From IMG/VR virus record IMGVR_UViG_3300040801_001025, positions 20,499-84,498 of that record: a stretch of 64,000 nt of DNA, one strand, 5' to 3'. A model generated the notes under the pieces. It had not been told where the DNA came from. It searched no databases and saw only the letters and a list, made by a program, of their open reading frames with translations. Positions 1-10,247 of the stretch are shown piece by piece. The stretch is from a virus. Position numbers and translations under genes: made by a program. The first letter of the stretch is position 1, and every line of letters begins with the position of its first letter.

Positions 1-5
1 CTGAG

Positions 6-869
6 ATGATCTTCCTACGTTTGGCTTCTATTATTACTGGACACGATGCATCTACATGGAAGGAAAATATTCCTACTATTGCAGCAGATATGAGTCTAAG
101 ACATAGTAATGGTGTTGGCTCGTACATGATTAAACGTTTACCTCAGCAGTCAACTCCGGCCGATGTTCGCTCATATCTTACTTACTATGGTATGGAATAT
201 GGGTATGCCCCTGATATACTGCTTCTAGACTACCTTGATTTGATGAGTCCCAATGGCGGTACTCGCAATATTGGAGTATTTGAGCAGGATAAATTCAAAG
301 CTGAGCAGTGCTCAGAAATTCTAGTAGACTATGATTGCATTGGTGCATCTGCATCACAGCAGAACCGCGAAGGTCTAAGAATGGCTAGTCCCGACCAAGG
401 CGTAATTGCTGGTGGTATCTCCAAGGTCAATACAGTCGACAACTACATTTCGTTGAACATGACGGATGAAATGCGTTTGCAAGGGGAAATGAATGCGTTC
501 TTCCTTAAAACTCGTTCAAGTAGTGGTGTTGGCAAAGCGTCTATGTTACACTTCAACACAAATAACCTCCGCATCAGCGATCATGAAAAAGGTACACAAA
601 CTTCGGTCATGCCTACAGGTCGCAAAGAAGTTCCTGATTCTGTCAAGGAAATCATGGCAGCGGCGGCTGACCCCGATATTAAGGGGCTTCCGGGTGAAGA
701 ACCGTTGGAACCTGAAACTGTCAAACATGATCCATTTACAGGGTTCTATGACGATGAACCGGAAGAAGTACAAGAAGATACTTTCAAAGAAGCAGAGCCA
801 ATTCTACCAGTAGATACTTCACGAGGCGAAGCTTTGCTTAGACTGATGGATGAATTAAAAGGAGATTAA
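6..869 (+). CDS. DnaB/gp41-like replicative helicase, C-terminal part (gene begins upstream of window)
   Basis: LLLDYLDLM Walker B, SASQQNR (DnaB motif), IAGGISKVNTVD, FLKTRSSSGVG. Confidence 0.85.
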   Translation: MIFLRLASIITGHDASTWKENIPTIAADMSLRHSNGVGSYMIKRLPQQSTPADVRSYLTYYGMEYGYAPDILLLDYLDLMSPNGGTRNIGVFEQDKFKAEQCSEILVDYDCIGASASQQNREGLRMASPDQGVIAGGISKVNTVDNYISLNMTDEMRLQGEMNAFFLKTRSSSGVGKASMLHFNTNNLRISDHEKGTQTSVMPTGRKEVPDSVKEIMAAAADPDIKGLPGEEPLEPETVKHDPFTGFYDDEPEEVQEDTFKEAEPILPVDTSRGEALLRLMDELKGD

Positions 870-870
870 C

Positions 871-1167
871 ATGGAATTAGAGTTACTGTTTTCGCCAACA
901 GAAACCGTTACGATTACTATCGATGGTGAGAACTATGTAGTTTCAATTGATGAAGTTCGTAGAGATAACCCCGAGCTATATCAGACAGTTATGTACTATG
1001 ATAATGCTCGCAAAGAAGCAGCACGTCTACAGTACGAAAGCCGAAAGCTTACCGCAGCATTGACTTCCCTTAAAAATCAAGTCATGATGGGAACTAATGC
1101 TTATGTCGTTGAAAAATATAAGCTTTCTAAAGAAGAATCATCTGAACAAGGAGAATCTGATGAGTGA
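871..1167 (+). CDS. hypothetical protein (coiled-coil)
   Basis: 98 aa ORF with AGGAG RBS, tight operon packing. Confidence 0.6.
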   Translation: MELELLFSPTETVTITIDGENYVVSIDEVRRDNPELYQTVMYYDNARKEAARLQYESRKLTAALTSLKNQVMMGTNAYVVEKYKLSKEESSEQGESDE

Positions 1168-1450
1168 AGTATTGGATAACATCCTACCGCAACTTGATGA
1201 AACTGAATATCGCGACATCGATGGTAGTGTGATTAGTGATTATTTTGAGGATGATCGTAGGGAATATGCTGAATATGTAGCACAAGCAGTTAGTCGGCTT
1301 TTTAGTTTTCAAGACTGGTATGAACAGACATATTCTAAACGACTCGATGAAGAACAACTTAAACTTTTTCTTGGCGAAGATTGCATGGATTTACTCGACA
1401 CTGTTTATGATGGCGTTGAAACCGTGCTTCAGCAGAACAATCAGGCATAA
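1160..1450 (+). CDS. hypothetical acidic protein
   Basis: AAGGAG RBS before ATG 1160; overlaps previous stop. Confidence 0.6.
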   Translation: MSEVLDNILPQLDETEYRDIDGSVISDYFEDDRREYAEYVAQAVSRLFSFQDWYEQTYSKRLDEEQLKLFLGEDCMDLLDTVYDGVETVLQQNNQA

Positions 1451-1453
1451 ATA
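1446..1453 (+). promoter_or_regulatory. T4-late-type promoter (CATAAATA)
   Basis: match to the TATAAATA late-promoter core just upstream of ATG 1471. Confidence 0.55.
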
Positions 1454-1470
1454 GTAATAATGAGGTAACT

Positions 1471-1932
1471 ATGTCTGATAAGAAAGTCATTAAGAAAATT
1501 GAACATCCTCTCGAAGACTTCTTTGAGGTTGAGAAAGGTTCAACTGAAATAGAAGTCTACGAACGCAATACTGAAGTTGCCGAAGTGGAATCATACGATG
1601 AAAAAGATAAAGAAATTGAAGAGCAATTTCAAGAAGTCTATGATGCTGCTATGGATGTTCATGATAATCTGGCTGAAGAGATTCAGACGGTAGAAGGTAA
1701 GTACAAAGCTCGTATTGGCGAAGTAGCTATCCAAAGCTTGAGTGCCGCACTGAACGCGGCCAAAGAGAAAGCCCGCCTCAAAGAGCACAAGGATAAGCTT
1801 GAAGTTAGTCCATCAGGCGACGCTTCTTCGGTTAATCCTAAGAACCAAACCATGGTAATTACTGACCGTAGTGCCTTTCTTGAGCAGCTTCGTAACATGA
1901 AAAAAGAGGGTGATACGAATGAGTCTACTTGA
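1471..1932 (+). CDS. putative terminase small subunit
   Basis: helical 153 aa protein (ARIGEVA...VITDRSAFLEQL) resembling gp16-like TerS; late promoter; upstream of TerL. Confidence 0.5.
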   Translation: MSDKKVIKKIEHPLEDFFEVEKGSTEIEVYERNTEVAEVESYDEKDKEIEEQFQEVYDAAMDVHDNLAEEIQTVEGKYKARIGEVAIQSLSAALNAAKEKARLKEHKDKLEVSPSGDASSVNPKNQTMVITDRSAFLEQLRNMKKEGDTNEST

Positions 1933-2983
1933 AGAAATGACAAGCAACGAATACAACTCCGTATTCGATGAAGTAGCAGTTGTAGTGGTGGCTTATTGTT
2001 TAGCATCAGCATTTCTTGTAAAAAATAGGCAGTATCAAATATTGCCATCCCATTTCCTGCAAATGCTTAACTACATGGACCGTGATAGTGTTACTTTCAC
2101 CAACATGGAGACTGCTTCTAATACTTTCGATCTTATTACAGTCAATGTTGATGTTTCTGATGAAGCTCGACGTTTTATTATTGCAAATCTAACAGATCGA
2201 AACGGTCCTCACTTCGCGCTCGTTCGCAACATTCTCAAGTATATCAATGAAGATCGTATTGTCAACGGTCTTGTATCTCAAATAACTAACAATGGTGTTC
2301 AAAATACCATAACAATCGACTCTGATTATATTGGTGGTGCTGGTCAAGGCACCGCTATTATGATCGACAATGAGTTAATCAATCTTAGCACAAGTATTGT
2401 GCCAATGATTAACCGACCAACACCATGCGTTGGCATTGGCCAAAATGATTTGGCTACTGATTATGGTTTTGAAGCTCAGCGTAATTTCATCCGTAGCAAT
2501 TTTGACATTGACATTGGTTCTGATTCTTCGCTATACTATCAGCGTTGCCATAATAATGGCAGTCCTACATGCGATAGCATCGAAGATGCAACACGTTGTT
2601 TGTATGACGACGTATGTAAGCGAATCAATCAAGGCTATGCAGGTGCATTGGATACTTCTCCAATGGACAGTTATAAATCAAACGCACTAGCATGTGCTAT
2701 GCGACAGTGCTACGGTGTAGAGCCAGATTGTGAGACAAACTGCGTTAGAATGAGTAGTCGCACAAGGGGATTCGACAGCTTTAATCCTTCTCACATGTCA
2801 GAAGAGCTTTACGATATGCCGATACAAGCAACATCAGCACCGATGGGCAATCCATCTATTGTGCTATCTAATAAAAACACAGGTCAGCAGTTATTCAAGA
2901 CTCGCTTTAAAAAGGAGTCATACCCAAAGAACCTGACTGGTTATCGATACAAAATGTATTTTGAACCAGCAAGTCGAAAATAA
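1919..2983 (+). CDS. hypothetical protein with Cys-rich C-terminal half
   Basis: long ORF, GAGGGTG RBS before ATG 1919. Confidence 0.6.
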   Translation: MSLLEEMTSNEYNSVFDEVAVVVVAYCLASAFLVKNRQYQILPSHFLQMLNYMDRDSVTFTNMETASNTFDLITVNVDVSDEARRFIIANLTDRNGPHFALVRNILKYINEDRIVNGLVSQITNNGVQNTITIDSDYIGGAGQGTAIMIDNELINLSTSIVPMINRPTPCVGIGQNDLATDYGFEAQRNFIRSNFDIDIGSDSSLYYQRCHNNGSPTCDSIEDATRCLYDDVCKRINQGYAGALDTSPMDSYKSNALACAMRQCYGVEPDCETNCVRMSSRTRGFDSFNPSHMSEELYDMPIQATSAPMGNPSIVLSNKNTGQQLFKTRFKKESYPKNLTGYRYKMYFEPASRK

Positions 2984-3001
2984 AAACAATAAGGGACGCT
3001 T

Positions 3002-4702
3002 ATGCACAATAAAGACAATGAAACATTCATAGCACAATATAGAGCGGCCCTTGCCGCAAAACTTTCCCGTCAAGAGTTTGCGGAATACCTTGGCATTCTA
3101 CCTGAAAGCGTTTTACGCAGACGACTAAGTATCAAAACTTCCACTGGCCTTGACCTCGCATTCCTTCCACATGAAGATAATTATTCCGGTGTTGATCTTG
3201 ATAAGATCACCGTCTTTGAAGAAAAATTCAAAGAACTTATTGAAAAGAATGCTGGTCCTAAGACTATCAAGAATAACGACAGACAAGGTGTGTACGTGTT
3301 CGTAGCTGCACAGAATGCAACGCCGGTACATGAAGGTTTCTGGGCGACTCTTTTACAGTATATTGAATGTCGTCACGGTGAACTCAACGTCATTCCGTAT
3401 CGCTATAAAAACCCTACTTCCATTTACACAGAACACAGCAAAGAACTAGATTACTGGTGGCCGTGTCTTGAACCATATTTACTAGATCATAAGCTAAAGC
3501 TGTGCAAAGGTCTACAAATTCTTGGTCAGATCAAAATGCAGCCAACCGCGACCAATCCGTTGTCTGGATTCGATGGATTTACTGGCGAAGACTCTGCAAT
3601 TCTTGGTCATCCGAAAGTTCAACTTCGTACCGTTGCAACGCCAAGTAAGAGACTTCCAAAAATTCTAGCAACGACAGGTGCATGTACTGTACCGAATTAT
3701 ACTGATTCTAAGGCTGGACACAAGGGTAGGTTCCACCACAATCTCAGCGCATTAGTTGTTGAAGTTGATAATGACAAGTTCCATATTCGTCATATACATG
3801 GCGAGGACGATGGGTCGTTCTATGACCTTGATTACTATTATACGTCTACAGGTCGAACCAAATACGGTCGAACAGCCGGATTGGTTCCGGGTGATATCCA
3901 TGCCGAGTTCTTGGATGAAAAAGTAGATCAGGCAACATTCCGTGGTTCCGATTCTATTATGGAAGTATTGAATCCAGAAGTTCTGGTAATACATGACGGC
4001 GAAGACTTTTATCGTCGTAACCATCATCACAAAAATAATGACATCCTCGCTTACGGTAAGCATCACTATGGGCGCAACAACGTAGAAGAAGGATTACAAA
4101 TTACGGCTGATTTCTTTGATAGGGTTTCACGTCCTGACACATTAACCTTGGCAGTTCGTGCAAATCATGACGAAGCTTTTGATCGTTGGCTACGTGATGC
4201 TGATCCAAAGATTGATCCCGAAAACGCTAAATTCTATTACTATATGAAGTATCATCAGCTTGACAATGTTCAGAGAACTGCAACTGGTTTCAAAACTATC
4301 AATGCTTTTGAATTCTGGGCAAAGAATCCGATGGATCAGCGTGGTATTACATCTGAGACTGTCAAGTTTTTGAAGCGTGATGAAAGCTTTGTGGTTGGTG
4401 GTATCGAGATTGGTTTCCATGGCGACATTGGCAACAACGGTGGCCATGGTAGCTTGAAATCTTACACCAAGATTGGTCCAAAGGTAGTTATCGGCCACGG
4501 CCATTCTCCGGGTATTGAAGATGGTGCATATCAGGTTGGTGTATCAGCTAGATTAGATTTAGAGTATGCCGTAGGACCGTCAGGATGGCTCCATACGCAC
4601 TGTGTAATATACCCTAATGGCTCGCGTACCCTTCTCAATGTAATCAACGGAGAGTGGCGTGCAAGCTTCTATGACAGGGAAGATGAGCTTCTAGCTGCGT
4701 GA
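3002..4702 (+). CDS. T5 A1-like protein: N-terminal HTH plus calcineurin-like metallophosphoesterase/nuclease
   Basis: GDIH, IHDGED, ANHD, FHGD, GHGHSP metallophosphoesterase motifs; TTGACTVPNYTDSKAG block; HTH-like SRQEFAEYLGI. Confidence 0.7.
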   Translation: MHNKDNETFIAQYRAALAAKLSRQEFAEYLGILPESVLRRRLSIKTSTGLDLAFLPHEDNYSGVDLDKITVFEEKFKELIEKNAGPKTIKNNDRQGVYVFVAAQNATPVHEGFWATLLQYIECRHGELNVIPYRYKNPTSIYTEHSKELDYWWPCLEPYLLDHKLKLCKGLQILGQIKMQPTATNPLSGFDGFTGEDSAILGHPKVQLRTVATPSKRLPKILATTGACTVPNYTDSKAGHKGRFHHNLSALVVEVDNDKFHIRHIHGEDDGSFYDLDYYYTSTGRTKYGRTAGLVPGDIHAEFLDEKVDQATFRGSDSIMEVLNPEVLVIHDGEDFYRRNHHHKNNDILAYGKHHYGRNNVEEGLQITADFFDRVSRPDTLTLAVRANHDEAFDRWLRDADPKIDPENAKFYYYMKYHQLDNVQRTATGFKTINAFEFWAKNPMDQRGITSETVKFLKRDESFVVGGIEIGFHGDIGNNGGHGSLKSYTKIGPKVVIGHGHSPGIEDGAYQVGVSARLDLEYAVGPSGWLHTHCVIYPNGSRTLLNVINGEWRASFYDREDELLAA

Positions 4703-4746
4703 CACATTTAAAATAAAGGGCTAAATAGCCATAGGGAGAAATTTCT

Positions 4747-6345
4747 ATGGCTAGTAACTCTAAAGTAAAGACAGTTAAGAATAATCCGAATCTTAAAAGT
4801 GCGAATCAGGAAATTGAACTGACGTATGAACAGATTCAGGAATATGCGAAGTGTATGGATGACCCGATATACTTCATTAAAAAATATGTGTACATTACGC
4901 ACCCTGTACAGGGTCAGATCAAGTTTGATCTTTACGATTATCAAGAAGAGCTAGTCAAGAATTACCAGAATGAGAGAAACAATATTGTACTCTCGGCTCG
5001 ACAGACTGGTAAGACTGAAACATCCTCGGCCTATATGCTTTGGTTCTTATTATTCCAGAAGAAGAAAACAGTTCTTGTTGTTTCTAAGGATTTGGAGAGT
5101 GCCAAGGAAATTGTTAAGAAGGTTAAGGACGGATACGAACTCCTTCCACTTTGGCTAAAGCCGGGTATCGATCCAGACAACTGGAACAAAGAAGCAATTG
5201 AATTCGACAATGGTTCTCGTCTAGTTGCTAGAACAACTTCTGATGGTTCTGGTCGTGGTTTGGCTATTTCTCTATTGTACTGTGACGAGCTTGCATTCGT
5301 TCGCCCGCATATTCAGGATCAATTCTGGGATGGTGTTTACCCTACATTGTCTACTGGTGGTTCATGTATTATCACTAGTACGCCAAACGGCGATACTAAC
5401 TTGTTTGCTAAGCTTTGGAGGTCTGCTGAACTTAGTACTAAGCTAAAGGCAACAGAAACACCGGGCACCGAAGATTTGATGCCGTTCCATGCGACTCGTA
5501 TTTATTGGGATCAGCCACCGGGCCGCGATGAAGCATTTAAGAAAGAGAAGATTGCTGTTCTTGGAGAGCGTAAGTGGCTTCAGGAATATGAATGCGAATT
5601 CATCAGTAGTGACAATTCGCTATTTGACACTCGTGTTATTCAGGTTGAACAGCGTCGAGTAGAGAATATGAAGCCTGCTTTTGTTATCAACGGTGAGCAG
5701 GAATTCTATAAGCCTATTTCACAGGGCATGACTTACATTGTTGGAGTTGACCCTGCAACTGGAACAGGTGAGGACTATTCTGTAATAGAAGTATTCGAAT
5801 TCCCATCGCTAATTCAAGTAATGGAATATAGGGCTAACACTGTAAGTGAACATGTGTTATACTCGTATCTCAAGAAAGTACTTGGCTTCTTAGAACAATA
5901 TGCAGAAGAGATTTATTTCAGTGTAGAGAATAACGGTGTTGGTCGTGCTATGTGTGCATTGTATATGCAGGACGAGCGGCCACCTCAATTCTCTCATTTC
6001 ATGTGTGAACGTGGTAAAAATAAGCTAGGTTATACAACTACGAATGCCACTAAGCGTGAAGCTGCCATAAGATTCAAGAACTTTTTTGAACGTCGCGAAA
6101 TGACAATTCTATCACCTATTCTATTCAAAGAAATGAAAAGCTATATTAGGAAAGGTGATGGATTTGAAGCGCAAACTGGTGCAACTGATGATTGCATATC
6201 CGCAGTATTCATCATAATGCGAATGCTAGACGACATTGCGATGTACAACCCCCGTGCTTATGACAAGCTTTATAAGTTTGGAGAACAGTCTCGTGGTGAC
6301 GAATGGTATACCAATGATGACTTTATTCCGGGTGGAATGCTATAA
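4747..6345 (+). CDS. terL: terminase large subunit (T4 gp17-like)
   Basis: LYDYQ, ARQTGKT Walker A, YCDELAF Walker B, ITSTPNG, QEYECEF, GVDPATG and DDCI RNase H-like nuclease motifs. Confidence 0.95.
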   Translation: MASNSKVKTVKNNPNLKSANQEIELTYEQIQEYAKCMDDPIYFIKKYVYITHPVQGQIKFDLYDYQEELVKNYQNERNNIVLSARQTGKTETSSAYMLWFLLFQKKKTVLVVSKDLESAKEIVKKVKDGYELLPLWLKPGIDPDNWNKEAIEFDNGSRLVARTTSDGSGRGLAISLLYCDELAFVRPHIQDQFWDGVYPTLSTGGSCIITSTPNGDTNLFAKLWRSAELSTKLKATETPGTEDLMPFHATRIYWDQPPGRDEAFKKEKIAVLGERKWLQEYECEFISSDNSLFDTRVIQVEQRRVENMKPAFVINGEQEFYKPISQGMTYIVGVDPATGTGEDYSVIEVFEFPSLIQVMEYRANTVSEHVLYSYLKKVLGFLEQYAEEIYFSVENNGVGRAMCALYMQDERPPQFSHFMCERGKNKLGYTTTNATKREAAIRFKNFFERREMTILSPILFKEMKSYIRKGDGFEAQTGATDDCISAVFIIMRMLDDIAMYNPRAYDKLYKFGEQSRGDEWYTNDDFIPGGML

Positions 6346-6348
6346 ATA
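6341..6348 (+). promoter_or_regulatory. T4-late-type promoter TATAAATA
   Basis: perfect consensus 5 nt before ATG 6354. Confidence 0.6.
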
Positions 6349-6353
6349 CAAGT

Positions 6354-6887
6354 ATGACTAAATCAGTGTTGTTACCAGCGCGTATTTTACTAGAAACTTC
6401 TTATAATACGCTATATACTAATACTACTCAGAACTTTAAGACGCCTCGCGATCAAAGTTCTGAGCGTGTTCAGGTGTTGAATAAAAGATTCATGCCTGCT
6501 CCTAGAAATCAAATTCTCGGAGTATTGGCAACAACACGAACGGACATTGAGAGATACAACACCAAGATGTATTTTCTCGGTGTTAATTATCTGGAACTAG
6601 AAGAGGATACTGATGGGTATTCTTTTACTGCTCCGGGTGGTCAAGACTACACAATTGAGCGTATCAACGAGAATTCGAATGATGTGCGAGTAGCGTGTAC
6701 TTGTCTTGACTTTTACTATCGCTTTGCTCCTTGGAACTATAGCGATGGCAGTTTGCACGGTAATCCACCGCCGCCTTATGTTAAGACGACGGATAGAGAA
6801 CCATATAATCCAGATAAAATTCCGGGTTTGTGCAAGCATATGATTTCGCTGGCTAGTGAATTACGTGCCGATGGCATGTTTGAGTAA
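6354..6887 (+). CDS. SWIM zinc-finger protein
   Basis: VACTCLDFYY...GLCKHM (CxC...CxH). Confidence 0.7.
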   Translation: MTKSVLLPARILLETSYNTLYTNTTQNFKTPRDQSSERVQVLNKRFMPAPRNQILGVLATTRTDIERYNTKMYFLGVNYLELEEDTDGYSFTAPGGQDYTIERINENSNDVRVACTCLDFYYRFAPWNYSDGSLHGNPPPPYVKTTDREPYNPDKIPGLCKHMISLASELRADGMFE

Positions 6888-6895
6888 ATAGCCGG

Positions 6896-6923
6896 TTGTA
6901 AATTATACCGAGTGTTGCATAAT
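6896..6923 (+). promoter_or_regulatory. sigma70-like promoter for ssb
   Basis: TTGTAA-N16-CATAAT. Confidence 0.45.
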
Positions 6924-7016
6924 AAGCCTCACTTGGACGCAAGACTAAGATGTAATAAGAAATGCAGAAATGCAAGAAAAGCTAAGACTATAATAAGAAA
7001 ATAGGAGAATTATAAG

Positions 7017-7973
7017 ATGGCTAGAGCAAGTTTGAAAGACCTTAAGGCGAAGTTGAAGAAAGAAAAAGAAGCTACTAAGAAAACCAGTGGTGGTGGCTTT
7101 TGGTATCCTCTCTGGGACTTGCCGCACGAAGGTAAAACCTCCATCCGTATCCTCGAAGACCCGAACGAAGATAACGATCTGTACTACTACTTGCAGTATC
7201 TTGAGCATAATATCGAGATTGACGGCAAGTGGGAACGCATCCCGTGTCCTAAGACGTGGGGCCAACATAACGAATGCCCAATCTGCGAATTGTCTGCTAA
7301 GATGTATGCAGCCAAGAAGCCAGAAATCGGCAAGTACTACTACCGCAATCTCTACACCATTGTCCGTGGTTTGATCACCAAAGACGGTCTAGTGTACGAA
7401 GATGAAAGCGATGATGCAACTGGTACGGTTCGTCCGTTCAAGTTCTCCTATCAGCTTTCTCAGAAGCTCAAGAATGATGCAGACCAATTCATTGAAGAAA
7501 GTGATGAAGACGATGCTCCGTTCTATGATCTAGATGCAGGTATTGATTTCGTTATCAAGAAGATCGTTACTTCTGATGGTAAGAAAGAGTTTCCGAAGTA
7601 CGACATTGGTAGTGGATTCGCATTGAAGCCGAAGAAGATTCCTGATGCATTGCAGAAGAAAATTGGTGAACTCGAACCACTCGCTGCATTGCTGCCGCCT
7701 CAGCCAACCTATGATGAAGTTCATGCAAAGCTTGAAGCTCATCAGAACGTTGTTGGTAGTGATGAAGATGATGACGATGACGTAGCCTCTGATGAAGACA
7801 TTGAGGCAATGATCAACCGTCAGCGTAATACTGTCGATGACGATGACGACGATAATGAAGTCGAGTCGTTGACTGAAGATGATGACGACGTTGATGTATC
7901 CGCACTGTTGGATGACGACGACGATGATGACGATGGTCTAGATGCACTAGCTAAGTTAGCAGCAGAAGACTGA
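7017..7973 (+). CDS. single-stranded DNA-binding protein (T4 gp32-like)
   Basis: IRIL, CPKTWG..CPICE Zn site, KYD.SGF, very acidic C-terminal tail; upstream of uvsX. Confidence 0.85.
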   Translation: MARASLKDLKAKLKKEKEATKKTSGGGFWYPLWDLPHEGKTSIRILEDPNEDNDLYYYLQYLEHNIEIDGKWERIPCPKTWGQHNECPICELSAKMYAAKKPEIGKYYYRNLYTIVRGLITKDGLVYEDESDDATGTVRPFKFSYQLSQKLKNDADQFIEESDEDDAPFYDLDAGIDFVIKKIVTSDGKKEFPKYDIGSGFALKPKKIPDALQKKIGELEPLAALLPPQPTYDEVHAKLEAHQNVVGSDEDDDDDVASDEDIEAMINRQRNTVDDDDDDNEVESLTEDDDDVDVSALLDDDDDDDDGLDALAKLAAED

Positions 7974-7980
7974 TCACTTC

Positions 7981-8010
7981 GGGGGAGGGCAACCTCCCCC
8001 ATCTTTTCTT
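7981..8010 (+). terminator. intrinsic terminator
   Basis: GGGGGAGG-GCAA-CCTCCCCC followed by T-rich tract. Confidence 0.8.
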
Positions 8011-8022
8011 TGAGGAACAAAT

Positions 8023-9180
8023 ATGTCATTTATGAAGAAGTATCTCAAGACTCTTGAGAAGAACGATGATGTTGTCATCGGTCTAAAACCCCCTTCGTAT
8101 TATCTTGATACGGGGAACTACGCTCTCAATATGCTCATGTCAGGCAGAATTGAGGGTGGATCAGCACAGGGTCGTGTAATCGGTCTAGCTGGTCACTCTA
8201 GCTCTGGTAAGAGCTTAGTCGCGGGCAGCTTTGCTGCTCAAGTTGTTCGAGACGGTGGTATGGCACTTGTTATTGACTCTGAAGGTTCGCTTGATGAAAA
8301 TTTCATGGCAAACCTCGGGGTTGACGTTGAAAGTGAGAATTACGAGCGTGTCGGTGTAACAACTATTCCTACTGCTGCACAGGTTGTCAACGGATTTGTT
8401 AAGATGTACCGTGAGAACAGTATAGATCAACGAGCGTTGATTGTGGTTGATTCTCTTGATAACCCGATGACTGAAAGTGAAGAAGAAGCACTAAACAGCA
8501 AGTTAACCCTTGGCGGTGACCAAGGTCAACATGCTAAACAACTAAAGCGTATGGGCAGACCGTGGGGTAACTCTATTACGAATTTGCCAATCACTATTGT
8601 CTGTACAAAGCAGGTTTACAAAAACCAAGACCCAGTTACTTATAAAGGCCAACCTTGGATCGTAACTGACGCTATGCAATATATCTGTTCGCAGATTATT
8701 TTGTTCGAGAAGTTGAACTTTAAGGACAAATCAACCAATCAGCATATGGGCTTCACCTTGAAAGCTAGTAGCTTCAAGAACCGTATTGCTCGTGAGAAGA
8801 ACAATGTAAAAATTGAGATTCCTTACGATCATGGTATTGAACCTTATAGTGGTCTACTTGATCTTGCACAGTCATTTGATGTTGTGCAAAAGAATGGTGG
8901 ATGGTATACTATGGGTGATAAGAAGTTCCAAGAGAAAGCGGCTCGTAACGATAAAGAACTCATGCAGAGTATCATTGAAGCAATTGCAGTTGCAAACGAA
9001 GAAGTTGATCCTGAGACTGGACGACCGAAGGTTCGTAAATTGGACGTTGATATGGACGGCATGGTAACTGAATTAGATAACCCGACTGAAGTAAAAAAGA
9101 CTCGCAAGCAGAAACTAATCGAAGCGCGTGAGCATAAAGTTGGATTGGATGACGAAGATGACGAAGACCTTACTGGATAA
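8023..9180 (+). CDS. uvsX: RecA/UvsX recombinase
   Basis: LDTGNYALN, GHSSSGKS Walker A, IDSEG, IVVDSL Walker B, GGWY. Confidence 0.9.
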   Translation: MSFMKKYLKTLEKNDDVVIGLKPPSYYLDTGNYALNMLMSGRIEGGSAQGRVIGLAGHSSSGKSLVAGSFAAQVVRDGGMALVIDSEGSLDENFMANLGVDVESENYERVGVTTIPTAAQVVNGFVKMYRENSIDQRALIVVDSLDNPMTESEEEALNSKLTLGGDQGQHAKQLKRMGRPWGNSITNLPITIVCTKQVYKNQDPVTYKGQPWIVTDAMQYICSQIILFEKLNFKDKSTNQHMGFTLKASSFKNRIAREKNNVKIEIPYDHGIEPYSGLLDLAQSFDVVQKNGGWYTMGDKKFQEKAARNDKELMQSIIEAIAVANEEVDPETGRPKVRKLDVDMDGMVTELDNPTEVKKTRKQKLIEAREHKVGLDDEDDEDLTG

Positions 9181-9757
9181 GCTTAACACACTGGACCGAA
9201 TTCATAATAAGATTATTTCTCAGTATGCTGAGAAGATGAATCGAGTATTTCAGATTGTTTATGAAATCGATACAGAGGTTGAGTGGAGTAATGTATATAA
9301 ATGTTACCCTACCAGTAACTTTGGCTTCATCAAAGGTGTTTGCCGTGTCAATAAAGGTGACACGATGAAAAACCCAATGGGTGAAACCGTTATCTTAGAC
9401 AGCCCTATGGTACTTACCGTAGGGTTTGTCCTTCCACTTGGCCATGTTGATAAGCTAACCCCATATGAAATTGCTGAGTATATTCAGCGAATGAAAATGC
9501 TGGAGAAAGTGTGTGATCTTGAAGAGTTTACTGATCTTCTTCGTAGCGAAGACTTTGATATTGATGATATTGAACCGCTACTTCCCGTTGGTATCGTTCG
9601 CGAACCACCTGATGAAGAAGATGATGATGACATTGAAGAATTGGCGAGACCTGTTGAAGTAGATGGTTTTGACACATCTTCACTTACCGATGAGCAACTT
9701 AGAAGTCTAATAACAAACACAGTAGTAGGGACAAATGGCGCAAAACAAAAGCAATGA
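9149..9757 (+). CDS. hypothetical protein
   Basis: long ORF in recombination operon; start uncertain (9149 or 9158). Confidence 0.6.
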   Translation: MTKMTKTLLDKLNTLDRIHNKIISQYAEKMNRVFQIVYEIDTEVEWSNVYKCYPTSNFGFIKGVCRVNKGDTMKNPMGETVILDSPMVLTVGFVLPLGHVDKLTPYEIAEYIQRMKMLEKVCDLEEFTDLLRSEDFDIDDIEPLLPVGIVREPPDEEDDDDIEELARPVEVDGFDTSSLTDEQLRSLITNTVVGTNGAKQKQ

Positions 9758-10247
9758 TGAAATACTAGATATTCTCAAACGCCAGCGTCTCAAGACATTC
9801 TACGACTTAAAAGAAGATACCTCAAACTTAAAGGACATTCTTGAACCATATCAAGACATGCTTCCTATTGCCCGAAAGCTAGTATCAGTTCGTGGTAAAT
9901 ACGTCGAAGAAGTTTTGACAACGCACGGATCAGAATATCAGTTCTTTGATGAATGCAGATGGAGCATCAAGATGCTCTTGGATTATTTCACTGAACTGCT
10001 AAAGCATGAACGTGGCTTAGAATATCAGAAGATTCTAAACTCCAGTGCGAAAGTGATTAATGACAGTGCAATCAAATCTCTGATTGACGCAAAGCCTAAC
10101 ATCTTACAGCGTACTCATCAACTCTTGATGATTCGCGATCTATACCAAAGATATAATGGCATTCTTGAGAGCTATCAACAAAGAGCATACCAACTTAACA
10201 ATTACACGAGGCATACCGAATACGGTACACTTAGAACAATCTTATGA
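9735..10247 (+). CDS. uvsY: UvsY-like recombination mediator
   Basis: helical 170 aa, position between uvsX and uvsW, C-terminal RAYQLNN pattern. Confidence 0.55.
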   Translation: MAQNKSNDEILDILKRQRLKTFYDLKEDTSNLKDILEPYQDMLPIARKLVSVRGKYVEEVLTTHGSEYQFFDECRWSIKMLLDYFTELLKHERGLEYQKILNSSAKVINDSAIKSLIDAKPNILQRTHQLLMIRDLYQRYNGILESYQQRAYQLNNYTRHTEYGTLRTIL

